Below, in pieces: positions 20,235 through 29,419 of a stretch of 64,000 bases of DNA. Location of the stretch: contig JBBCJC010000002.1 of the NCBI GenBank assembly GCA_037189525.1, forward strand, positions 256,001-320,000. The letters are read 5' to 3'. The position numbers were made by a program, and so were the translations under genes. The stretch is from Gemmatimonadales bacterium. GTDB lineage: Bacteria > Gemmatimonadota > Gemmatimonadetes > Gemmatimonadales > GWC2-71-9. The notes beneath the pieces are model-generated. The model saw only the letters and a list, made by a program, of their open reading frames with translations. It did no database searches and had not been told where the DNA came from. The stretch's first letter is position 1. Every line of letters starts with the position of its first letter.

Positions 20235-20527
20235 TGATCCCGGTCACCGTAACAGCTGCAATGATATGGATTTAGAAATTATCCTCGATCCTACCCGCAA
20301 CCGGGATCGAACCACGCCCGAACGCTGCCGAACGCCCAAGGACGCGCCGGGCAGGAATTCACATCAATCGCTTGATTAGTATTAGGAGCCGAAAGAGGAT
20401 GCTGGCGTCGAGAAGGGCAGGCGAGAAATTCTGCCGGGCACAAGGCACGGCTTTCCTGTTCAATCCTGGTTAATCCAAGGTTCTTCCGAAGGACCCGCGC
20501 GCCGAAATATGTCGCCCTGCTTTCCAG

Positions 20528-20590
20528 AAGAAACCGATCTTGTCATTCCCACCTTGCGGCAAGATCGGAGGCACACGTGGCCCGTGTGCC
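20528..20590 (-). terminator. Probable terminator after the subtilase gene
   Basis: Tandem hairpins GGCACACG/CGTGTGCC and CCGATCTTG/CAAGATCGG, followed by TTTCTT on the minus strand. Confidence 0.55.
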
Positions 20591-20607
20591 CCCGTTGAAC
20601 CCCGCTA

Positions 20608-22320
20608 TCAACAGATCGGAAACCCACCAATGAGCATCATATCAGTCGCCGTCCTGCCCACGGACGTTACGGTGACCCTCAAGCGGAACTGATCCGTGGG
20701 GGAAGCCATTTCCTGATAAACATTTGAGTTGGAGCCTACAGGCTGCCAAACATTACTACAATCCAGTCGCTCCCACGCATAGGAGTTGTTAAATCCGTTC
20801 GTCGACATCGCAGTCCAGGTATCGAGCCCACCCGTTGGAGTACTGGGCCCAACGATCCAAGTGGCGAGTTTACCGTAGACGGCCTGCGGTGCATCGACCC
20901 GACCATAACCATAGTACGCATCATGGCCGGCCGCACCCCTGTCGATGGCATTCGAGGTCAACCGAGACCGTACCTGAGCCGCCGTCAGCGTCGGATGCTT
21001 CGTCCAAACTAGCGCCGCAACACCGGCGACAACAGGTGCCGACAGGGATGTTCCACACGAGCTCCCATGGGATCCATTGTCCACCATGTTGGTTGCCCAG
21101 AATGGGGCGGCCAGTTCAGCCTCATTACCATAAGTCGAATAAGTCGAACCGTAGGGGCATTTTCCGGAAAATGCAAAACTGTCGCTTGGGGTCGTTCCAG
21201 TCACCGCAATGACTTGGGCGTGTCGGGCGGGATACGTAATTGTATTCGCCGTGTTATTGCCGGCACCTGCGACGAGAAGGTGCCCAGCGTTAGACGCCCC
21301 AATCACGGCTTGATGCCTCCACCAATCGTTGACAGGGTCGCCGAAACTCATATTGATGATCTCGCGTGATCCGCCGTTGTTCTCAAGCCAGTTGAGCGCT
21401 GCGATTTGGGAGCCAACGGGACAATTAGATTTTGAGATCCCATAATCGAAATAACAGATACGAATGGAACGAAAGTGCTTTGGCTTCGGGCTAATGCCAA
21501 CATACCCGAAGCTGTTCATTCGGGCGGAAGCAACCCCGGCAACACGACTGCCATGCACCAGATCCCACGGCTGATAGCAGCGTTCGACAAGTCCGGCGAT
21601 GTATATGTACGAACACGCAGATGATGCGTGTCCAGGTCCATCATAGGACCATACGTCGTAGTGCACCGAATCGATCCCGCTATCAATCACGGTCACAATG
21701 GCACTGTCCCCATAGTTGCCCTCGGCTGCCCAAACATGATGCGCTCCGACCTTCTGAAGGCCCCAATCCTGGGCCTCGGAGAACATTACCGCGGCCGCTC
21801 CAGCGCCAGCACTCGAAAGCTCGCTGCTCCCGGCAGCTCCGATCTCGTCAACGATGTCGAGCTTTCGAAGGACCGGAGCCATCTGAGGATCGATGGTTGC
21901 TTGAAAGAAAGGAAGGCTTCGATAGGTCCGTACAACCTGAACGCCAAGGCGCTCGAGCTCTGCTCGCCCCTCCTGATAGGTTGTCTTCGTGATAGCCGGC
22001 GTATAGCCCATCTCCCGCGTTCGGCGATCACCTGGCGCTTTGAGAGCAATAAAAGCGCTACCCCGAGTGACCGCGATCGCCGCAACGAGTTCCTCGTCCG
22101 ACAGCTCAGGCGGGAGGCCTTCCGTGACAGGGATACTGCGGATGTAGTCCAATGGTTCGGGAAACGTCGGAATGGCGCCTGGCGGGTCGACGTGTGTCAC
22201 ACGACCCTCGATCCGTGGTTGTGCACCAGGTCCCTGTGGTTCTGCCAGATCATCGACTGTGCAGCTCGCCGCCAATAGTGCCAGCCCAGCCAGGATCAGT
22301 CGTCCCTGTTGCCGTCGCAT
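20608..22320 (-). CDS. S8 subtilisin-like serine protease, lipoprotein
   Basis: LAASC lipobox; catalytic triad IDSG / HGSRVAG / GTSLSAP; oxyanion AGN; YGYGRVDA. Confidence 0.92.
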   Translation of the reverse strand: MRRQQGRLILAGLALLAASCTVDDLAEPQGPGAQPRIEGRVTHVDPPGAIPTFPEPLDYIRSIPVTEGLPPELSDEELVAAIAVTRGSAFIALKAPGDRRTREMGYTPAITKTTYQEGRAELERLGVQVVRTYRSLPFFQATIDPQMAPVLRKLDIVDEIGAAGSSELSSAGAGAAAVMFSEAQDWGLQKVGAHHVWAAEGNYGDSAIVTVIDSGIDSVHYDVWSYDGPGHASSACSYIYIAGLVERCYQPWDLVHGSRVAGVASARMNSFGYVGISPKPKHFRSIRICYFDYGISKSNCPVGSQIAALNWLENNGGSREIINMSFGDPVNDWWRHQAVIGASNAGHLLVAGAGNNTANTITYPARHAQVIAVTGTTPSDSFAFSGKCPYGSTYSTYGNEAELAAPFWATNMVDNGSHGSSCGTSLSAPVVAGVAALVWTKHPTLTAAQVRSRLTSNAIDRGAAGHDAYYGYGRVDAPQAVYGKLATWIVGPSTPTGGLDTWTAMSTNGFNNSYAWERLDCSNVWQPVGSNSNVYQEMASPTDQFRLRVTVTSVGRTATDMMLIGGFPIC

Positions 22321-22408
22321 AGCTCCTCCTCACGCAGACTGTGGATAGGTCGTATGAAGCGGAGCGCGACCTCGGCACGTCCGCTGGTGAGCAGCATGAC
22401 CGAGCGCC

Positions 22409-22849
22409 CTATTTCCGGAGTGCCTTGGTTCGGACACCATCACGGATACCGGTAGCGCCCATTCCTGCAAGGTCCGCAGATGCGCACGACCCCGATGTCG
22501 GCTGGGTCATCGTATACATCCATATTCTCGAGACGCCATTGTCTGTCATCATCGGATCAGGAAATGGACCGCAGTCGACCTCCGTCCCGCGGCTCATCGT
22601 GGTCAAGCGCACATCGGTGAAGTACGGCACGACCGTCGTAGCACTCGACCGAAGGACGGCTTGAACGGATGCGGTGGACTGATCCACCACGATCATCCAT
22701 TCGATGACATCGGCAGGCGGACCAGACGTAGACTGCAGGATGGGAGTATGGGATGGCATGGGGAGTTGCGATCGAGGAGTGCCCTGAAGAAGGAAGAGCT
22801 GCCCGATGCCCAACGCGCCCATTGCCGCAACGATGAGGGGTGTACGCAT
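22409..22849 (-). CDS. Hypothetical exported protein
   Basis: Hydrophobic N-terminus MRTPLIVAAMGALGIGQLFLL; co-oriented upstream of the subtilase. Confidence 0.55.
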   Translation of the reverse strand: MRTPLIVAAMGALGIGQLFLLQGTPRSQLPMPSHTPILQSTSGPPADVIEWMIVVDQSTASVQAVLRSSATTVVPYFTDVRLTTMSRGTEVDCGPFPDPMMTDNGVSRIWMYTMTQPTSGSCASADLAGMGATGIRDGVRTKALRK

Positions 22850-22889
22850 TTTCCTATAGCCTCGCCGGAAGGGGTTGGCTTCGTACTCT

Positions 22890-22905
22890 CTCAAGTTATG
22901 AGCCA
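22890..22905 (-). promoter_or_regulatory. Candidate sigma-54 promoter (GA variant at -12)
   Basis: TGGCTCATAACTTGAG, about 40 bp before ATG 22849; has TTGA in place of TTGC. Confidence 0.45.
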
Positions 22906-23171
22906 GCCTCCTGTCATACGGTTACATGTTGTGAGAACGCGACTTACGGAGGTTACATACAACGCCTCGCGAACGCCGCCGGACGCGCCCTGACCTGGCG
23001 CGGTCAATCGCGAACGGACGATCCGTACGATCTCGCCGCTGTGCAAGCGGCGGAGAAAGACGTCGACAAGTCATGAGCAAGTTGACGAGAACCGGGAGCG
23101 GACCTGATGCTCTAGCCGGTGTCCCGCCGCCCGAACAGGAAGCAGGACGCACGAGTAATTCGTTCAGCCCA

Positions 23172-23756
23172 TCAGGGCCGCCACCATGGCTGGTACGCAG
23201 CGGACGACGACACGACCGTCTCCCCGCTGCCGTCGAGGTTGCTGATGATGATTCTGATCGACCCGCCGTACGGGCGTGGAACGGCAACCCGCATCCCGTC
23301 CAGGGAGAAGGAGGAGAACGGGCTTTCGAAGTCGAGCACAGGCGTCTGATAGGTGCTCAGGATCGTCCCGTCCAGCCGGGTAACCCGGATCGCGCCCGGC
23401 ACCGAGTAAATCACCTCGGTCCCTGTCGGAGACCAGCGAAGAAATCCTGGCACGTCGGACTCGGTCAGACTCCGAATCGAACCGCTATCCGGATCCGCGA
23501 TCCAGACGCGGTCGGTATCGTCGTACGTCAGCCATTTCCCGTCGGGCAACCACGCAGGATTCCGTGAAGACAGGCCCGTTGACACTCGCTGAGCCCCTCG
23601 CAAATCTGCTCGCATCCACCACACCTCAACTCGGCCGTCGCCCAGGTTCGTGAGGAACGTGAGGCGGTGCCCATCCGGCGACCATTTCGGCACCAGCTCG
23701 TTCCCGAGCGGGGCGTTGGCCCATTGCAGGTCCGATCCATCGATAACGCACTCAGA
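23172..23756 (-). pseudogene. TolB-like (PD40) beta-propeller fragment, probably 5'-truncated
   Basis: PKWSPDG, PAWLPDG, RWSPTG and SFSLDG repeats. The frame extends upstream (DGSDLQW...) to the stop of the 706-aa gene, with no signal peptide or convincing start. Confidence 0.6.
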
Positions 23757-25877
23757 CTACCGCAAGCGCTTCGAACCCAGCAAACTGTGCTGCACGACGG
23801 TCCGAGGTTTGACCTCCTCGTGCGGAACCGTGAAGACCAGCCGCCGAGTCCAGCCCAACTCCAGCTCGACGACCGTCCCGAAGGCATCGCGCGCCGTCCG
23901 CCACCGTTTGGCTTTCGGCAATGCACCGCCCGTCGCGGTGAGCGATGCTTGAATCAGATCGTCACCCGGCTGCGCGGTCTCTTCCAGGCGAGCGCAGGTG
24001 ACGCAGCGGCTACTCACGACGTCACGCATGCACACCTGTCGCGCACATGACGAGCAGGCAACCCGGTGTTTCTCGCAGGCCAGATTCGCGCATGCCGGAC
24101 ACGGTCGGGTGCCCGTCAGCGAGTAGGCAACTCCGTCGACATGACACGTGGTCCGGTGCGCCTCGCAGCCCCATCGACCGGGCTGGTCGGCCAGCGGCAA
24201 CAGGTGCGAAGTACAATGCCGCTCACCATCCTCTGCACACGAACCGCCGTGCTGATCGCAAATATTCTTTCCGCAGGTGGCACAGGGGCTCACCTCGTCA
24301 CTGGCCAGGTTAGAACCAGGCTCATCCTCACAGGAGGATCGATGTTGTTCACAACTCAGGCGACCCGAGCGATCCGAGCGGCGGAGATGACCAGAGCAAT
24401 GCACCTGCCCATCGACTGCGCAGACCGTTTGGTGGTGTTCGCAGACGTATCGCTCGCATGATGCGCACCTGACTGCTTCATCGCGGCCCACCGGCTCCGC
24501 CTGGCTCCCCTCGCACAGCACGACGCACCCGTCGCAGAGCCATCGCGTTCCTCTGGGCGACGACGACGCAGTTTCGACCGCATGCGCGCGACAGAGTCCA
24601 CGATCACAGATCGCGCACGATACCGCACACTCGGGGCAGACGCGGTGGTCACCGGCACTGCACTGGACGGCGTGCTGCCCGCAATGCACTCGACCGCAGG
24701 GCCGACAGACCGAGGCATGATCGGCACAGACCGGATGGCTCCCGATCGCGCATTCGCGCAGACCATGCTCGGCACAGCTTACCTCCCCGCACACACCACA
24801 CCGGGCGCTGCACGAGGAACAGCTCGCATGGCCATGCCGACACACCCGTACGACGGCCGGCACTCCGCCACATGTCGGGCAGCTGTAGTCCCAGACGGCT
24901 TCGCCACTCAGAAGCCGAGTCGCCAAGAAGGAGGCGCCGACCCCGGCAGGCGTGCGCATCGACCAGGTCACCTGCTGCGCCAGGACCGACCATTCGATCA
25001 GCTGCAGCGGATGCACCGTAATCGTGGTGCGATAGCGGTCTTCCTCCTCGCCGCGCCGCCGAGCGTGTTCCGCCTGGACTTGCCGTTTGCCCTGCGCGGC
25101 ATCCGGCGGCGCATCGGCCTCGATGTCCGCAATCAGCGTCGTATAGTAGCGCTCCAGCCGCGCCAGCTCCTGGGCCAGAGCCTGATCCGCATCACGGCCG
25201 ATGGTCGCCAGCTGATCGCGCAGGATCTCCTCGAGTTCGTCGAACGCCAGCGGCAGGAGCTGATCCATTCCCTTGGCGGCGACCGCCACGGCATTCTCAG
25301 GTAGCTGCGCCACACCGTGGGCCGGCACCGATGCGCCAGACAAGAGCTCCGCCAGGCCGCCAGGTGCGCGCACCCCGGTCGACAGATCGAGCGGCGGCGA
25401 CTCCACTAGTCGCTCATCGATGAGTGCGCCCGCTTTGATCGACACCCGGGCGACGAGCCGCCCGATGGGCAGCATCGAGAGTTCGGCCCGGCTCCCCTCG
25501 ACCGCTGCACCCTCCACCTCGACCGGGAAGGCCACCTCTCCTTCGTCCGGATCACGACTCGGCACGAGCAGTCCCCGGTGCTCGCGATGCCCCCGTGCCC
25601 GGACAGCCGTTACCAGCCGTTCGAACACCGGGCTTCCGATACCCAACAGCTCCGCATCAGGATCGACATTCAGCGCATCGGGTGTCAGCGCTACCGTAAC
25701 CGACGTGCGTCCATCCCAAAGCTGCTGCTCAGCCGGCGGGATCTCGAACTCGATCAACCCGTTACCCGTATCGAGGGGAAGTGCGCCGATCAACGAGGTA
25801 TACCGCTCGAGCAGCTGCCGGGGACGAGGATCGATCGGCGCCGGATGATGCTCAGGTGGCATTGCAGACTCCGTCAT
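23757..25877 (-). CDS. YqhG-like protein with long Cys/His-rich (multi zinc-finger) C-terminus
   Basis: ELLGIGSPVFERL and ELARLERYY coiled-coil region resemble the partner genes of YqhH-type SNF2 helicases; more than 40 Cys in CxxC-x4-CxxH units; overlaps the helicase stop. Confidence 0.7.
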   Translation of the reverse strand: MTESAMPPEHHPAPIDPRPRQLLERYTSLIGALPLDTGNGLIEFEIPPAEQQLWDGRTSVTVALTPDALNVDPDAELLGIGSPVFERLVTAVRARGHREHRGLLVPSRDPDEGEVAFPVEVEGAAVEGSRAELSMLPIGRLVARVSIKAGALIDERLVESPPLDLSTGVRAPGGLAELLSGASVPAHGVAQLPENAVAVAAKGMDQLLPLAFDELEEILRDQLATIGRDADQALAQELARLERYYTTLIADIEADAPPDAAQGKRQVQAEHARRRGEEEDRYRTTITVHPLQLIEWSVLAQQVTWSMRTPAGVGASFLATRLLSGEAVWDYSCPTCGGVPAVVRVCRHGHASCSSCSARCGVCGEVSCAEHGLRECAIGSHPVCADHASVCRPCGRVHCGQHAVQCSAGDHRVCPECAVSCAICDRGLCRAHAVETASSSPRGTRWLCDGCVVLCEGSQAEPVGRDEAVRCASCERYVCEHHQTVCAVDGQVHCSGHLRRSDRSGRLSCEQHRSSCEDEPGSNLASDEVSPCATCGKNICDQHGGSCAEDGERHCTSHLLPLADQPGRWGCEAHRTTCHVDGVAYSLTGTRPCPACANLACEKHRVACSSCARQVCMRDVVSSRCVTCARLEETAQPGDDLIQASLTATGGALPKAKRWRTARDAFGTVVELELGWTRRLVFTVPHEEVKPRTVVQHSLLGSKRLR

Positions 25878-28006
25878 ACCACGAGCGGCGCTTCGGCATC
25901 GCCACCGATAGCCGTGACCGTGATCGGCAGCCGATCGGCCTGCGCCAACAGCCAGACCTCCCGTCCCCGTCCGGTCAGACCGACGATCCGATAGACCGGC
26001 CCGTAGTCCGGATGCATGCCCGCGGGCTCCACCACGGGGCCCATGCTCAGCATCTCCAATACCTCGGCCACTGCGATACCCAACTGGTGCCGCGTCCCGT
26101 CGACGCCCGGTGCCAGCGTCATGTGCACGGTTCCATAACCGAGCCGGAGCCGGGCCGGCACGGTGAGACTGGTGAACTCGTCCTTGAGCCGCTGCGCCGC
26201 ATCCGCCGCGGCGATGACCGAGCTGCGCTCCTCTTCCTCGAGCGCTGCCGTCCGCTCCGCCGCAACCTTGTCACCCAGCTCCTCGATCTTCTCCCCGAAT
26301 GTGTCATCGGTTTCCGCCGCGAGCCAGAGCTGACCCAAGTGGCCCTCGAAGCTTTCCCCGCCATCGTCGTCCATCCGCTCGAGGATCAGGTCCAACTCAC
26401 CCACCACCAGTTCGAACAGCCGGATCTTCGTGTGCAGCAAGCGAAGGATGTGCGCTTCGATCGTGTCTTTCGCTGCGTAGTTGTACAGTTCGACCTCGCG
26501 CTGCTGGCCGAACCGGTGAACTCGGCCGATCCGCTGCTCGACGACCATCGGATTCCAGGGCAGTTCGTAGTTGACGAGCTGGTGACAGAATTGAAGATTC
26601 AGGCCTTCCGTGCCGGCCCGGGTGCTGACCAGTACACCCTTCGGCTCGCGCCTGAATCGGGTCAGCGCCCGGTGCCGGTCGGCACGATTCAGGCTACCCT
26701 GAAATACGATTGCCGGGCGGCCGAGTTCCTTTACGCGCTGATTGATCAGGTCGATCGTGGGCAGGTGCTCGCTGAACACTACGGCCCGATCCTCCGATCG
26801 CGCCAGCATCGCCGAAAGCTCCTCGAGCTTCGCATGGGTGCCGACCGCGGCCGCTTCGTCTGCCAGCAACTGCGCCCGGCGGCGGAACGCGGGCACGATC
26901 AACTCGCCCTGGCCGAGATGCGCCATCGATGATGCCAGAGCCGGCGACGACGAACAGAGCCGCTGCGCCAGCCGGAGACACTCCAGAAAGAAGATCCCGC
27001 GCCCCGTCCTGGCCCGCCGGCGCCGCCGGTCAGCTCGTTCTTCCTCTTCAGTCGTCGCCCGGAATCCGTCGCGATAGAGGTCGCGCAGGAACCGCGCTGT
27101 CCCGGCATAGAGCCCTGCCTCAGCAGGCGTCAGAATCACGTCGGGGTGCCGGGGACGTCGTGCCGGCAACGACATGATATGCGCCACACTCGAGCGCCTG
27201 GTCCGGATCATCACCCGGCTGGTGAGGTCGCGCAGCGCCGCGGCCTGACGGACTTCCCGCCCGGTCCGGTCGGCAACGTAGATCTGCTTGAATTCCTTCC
27301 AGGTGCCGAGATGCCCCGGTCGCAGCAACGTCACGAGGTTATAGAGCTCGCGGAGATCGTTCTGAATCGGGGTCGCGGTGAGCAGCAGGAGGTAGTTGCG
27401 ACGGATCTGCTGGATCAGCTGATAGCGGGCCGACTCGTGGTTCTTGCACTTGTGTGCCTCATCCACGATCACCAGGTCCCAGCGGTGCTTGAGTAGTTCC
27501 TCAGCATGCCGCCGGTGCCTGGCGCGGTCGTACGACGCAATCGCCCGAGGCGAGCGGGCCCACTGATCGGGAGATTCGATTGGTTCGAACGTTTCGAGGA
27601 ACTTGTCCTCCAGCTCCTCGACCCACTGGGTCACCAGACTCGCGGGGGTCAGGATCAGGATTCGGCGGGCGAGTCCGCGTACCTCCAGCTCTTTCAGGAT
27701 GATGCCGGCTTCGATGGTTTTACCGAGACCGACTTCGTCCGCCAGAATGACGCGCCCGCTCATCGGCGGCTGCAGGGCTTGCAGCGCAACATTGATCTGA
27801 TGCGGCAGTTCGTCGATCCGGTTCATGTCGAGGGTGATCAGGCGGTCGAACGCCGGCAGGAGGGCGAGTTCCTCCGCCATCCGGCGTACACGCAACCATG
27901 CAGCGCCGGAGGCCGGCGCGCGGAGGCCCAGGCTGAAGGTTGCCAGGGAATCCTGGTCGACCTCCCACAGGGGCGTGGAGGTTCCTGCCGTTGGTTTCGC
28001 GGTCAC
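25874..28006 (-). CDS. SNF2-family helicase (YqhH-like) with extra C-terminal domain
   Basis: LPHQ, ILADEVGLGKTIEAG, DEAH, LTATPIQN, EGLNLQF, LPWNPMVVEQRIGRVHRFGQ. Confidence 0.93.
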   Translation of the reverse strand: MTAKPTAGTSTPLWEVDQDSLATFSLGLRAPASGAAWLRVRRMAEELALLPAFDRLITLDMNRIDELPHQINVALQALQPPMSGRVILADEVGLGKTIEAGIILKELEVRGLARRILILTPASLVTQWVEELEDKFLETFEPIESPDQWARSPRAIASYDRARHRRHAEELLKHRWDLVIVDEAHKCKNHESARYQLIQQIRRNYLLLLTATPIQNDLRELYNLVTLLRPGHLGTWKEFKQIYVADRTGREVRQAAALRDLTSRVMIRTRRSSVAHIMSLPARRPRHPDVILTPAEAGLYAGTARFLRDLYRDGFRATTEEEERADRRRRRARTGRGIFFLECLRLAQRLCSSSPALASSMAHLGQGELIVPAFRRRAQLLADEAAAVGTHAKLEELSAMLARSEDRAVVFSEHLPTIDLINQRVKELGRPAIVFQGSLNRADRHRALTRFRREPKGVLVSTRAGTEGLNLQFCHQLVNYELPWNPMVVEQRIGRVHRFGQQREVELYNYAAKDTIEAHILRLLHTKIRLFELVVGELDLILERMDDDGGESFEGHLGQLWLAAETDDTFGEKIEELGDKVAAERTAALEEEERSSVIAAADAAQRLKDEFTSLTVPARLRLGYGTVHMTLAPGVDGTRHQLGIAVAEVLEMLSMGPVVEPAGMHPDYGPVYRIVGLTGRGREVWLLAQADRLPITVTAIGGDAEAPLVV

Positions 28007-28018
28007 CGAATCTCCACG

Positions 28019-29293
28019 TCAATCGACCCGTACCCCAAGCGCTCGCCAGAAGGCCACCTCGGCGAGGACTCGAGTACCGTACTCGCGAGCCTTCTTGGCT
28101 TTCGAGGATGCCGAGCTTGGATCAGCCACCACCAGAATGTCGAGCTTCTTCGTCACCCGCGGAAGCACCACGAGACCCGCACTACCTGCCAGCTCCTGAG
28201 CCCGCTCGCGCGTCATCGGCACACCGTTCTCGCTGCAGAGCGATGTACCCGTGAAGCACACGGACTTTCCGACCAGGCTTTCGGACTCCTGAATCTGTGG
28301 AGAGACCGGCAGGCGCTCATACTCCTCATTGAGGAGCGCCTGAAGACCGGCTGGCGGCAGCCCCAGAAGTTCCCGAACCGTCTCAAGATCGGATCGCTCA
28401 GGTACGGTCACGACCCCATCGGCGCGCGCCTCTCCAACGAGCGCTCGAAGATATCGACCATGCGCTGCGATGACGTCGACTCGAGACATGCCCCAGTCCA
28501 GCGCCACGTCGATCAACGCCTCGGCTTCGTCGCGCGTTACGGCACGGTCTTCGAGAACACGGTCGAGCACAGACAAGTACTCCGCCTCGACCGCCGACGT
28601 TGCTTCGTCACCGGGGAGCGCGTCGACGAGTCGGGCAAGGTACGCCCGGCTTTCCCGATGCAGCTCGCGGGCACGCGAACGTCCCATGGAACGGCCCGAT
28701 GGCGACAGACCGTGCCACGACCTCGCAGGTGGCGCTCCGTGGTAGAAATCAATGTCGAGCGGTGCCGGACTGGGTAGGCCACCGCGTCGCGCAAGAGCAG
28801 CCAAGAGGGAAGCCGTTGCCTGGGCATCTCCCAACGCATCGTGAGCGGGAGTGAGTTCGATGCCAAGCTCTTTGCAGCAGGCGGCGAGTTTCCGGGTTGG
28901 CGCGTCTGTCAGATCCCGATAGGCCAGCGCGAGCGTACAGAGGGAAGGCAATGGCGGCATCATGACGTCGGCTCGGCGGAACTCCGACGCCAGGAAGCCC
29001 AGGTCAAAACGCAGGTTATGACCGACGACTACGGTATTACTGAGTCGTGACGCGATATCGCCCGCAGTTTCCGTAAACGGTGGGGCATGGACGACGTCCG
29101 ATGCCATGATTCCATGGATGTCGGAGCGACCGACGTCCCGATTGGGATTGACGAGGGTCACGAACTCATCGACCACATGGAAATCGGGATGCATGCGGAC
29201 GATCGCGATCTCGATGACACGGTCGGCGCCGCGGTAGTTGAACCCGGTTGTTTCGACATCGATCGCGGCAAAGCACAAGGGCTGAGATTGCAT
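28019..29293 (-). CDS. DEDDh 3'-5' exonuclease (DnaQ-like) with TerB-like middle region and BRCT domain
   Basis: IDVETTG, GHNLRFD, HDALGDA; ADGVVTVPER repeat; GKSVCFTG...VTKKLDILV...SSKAKKAREYG BRCT. Confidence 0.9.
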   Translation of the reverse strand: MQSQPLCFAAIDVETTGFNYRGADRVIEIAIVRMHPDFHVVDEFVTLVNPNRDVGRSDIHGIMASDVVHAPPFTETAGDIASRLSNTVVVGHNLRFDLGFLASEFRRADVMMPPLPSLCTLALAYRDLTDAPTRKLAACCKELGIELTPAHDALGDAQATASLLAALARRGGLPSPAPLDIDFYHGAPPARSWHGLSPSGRSMGRSRARELHRESRAYLARLVDALPGDEATSAVEAEYLSVLDRVLEDRAVTRDEAEALIDVALDWGMSRVDVIAAHGRYLRALVGEARADGVVTVPERSDLETVRELLGLPPAGLQALLNEEYERLPVSPQIQESESLVGKSVCFTGTSLCSENGVPMTRERAQELAGSAGLVVLPRVTKKLDILVVADPSSASSKAKKAREYGTRVLAEVAFWRALGVRVD

Positions 29294-29419
29294 ATCACAT
29301 TCCCGCGAGTATAGTGCTGAGATTGCTCGGCTTACGTTGATAGCCTAATTCATCAAACCCAAGCAGTTCGACGACGGTTAGCTTGACTACCAAGAGAATG
29401 CCTATGCTTAAGATCCCTC

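Noticed and set aside
23757..24890. Multiheme cytochrome interpretation of the Cys/His array
   Set aside because: The motifs are CxxC and CxxH rather than CxxCH, and there is no export signal.
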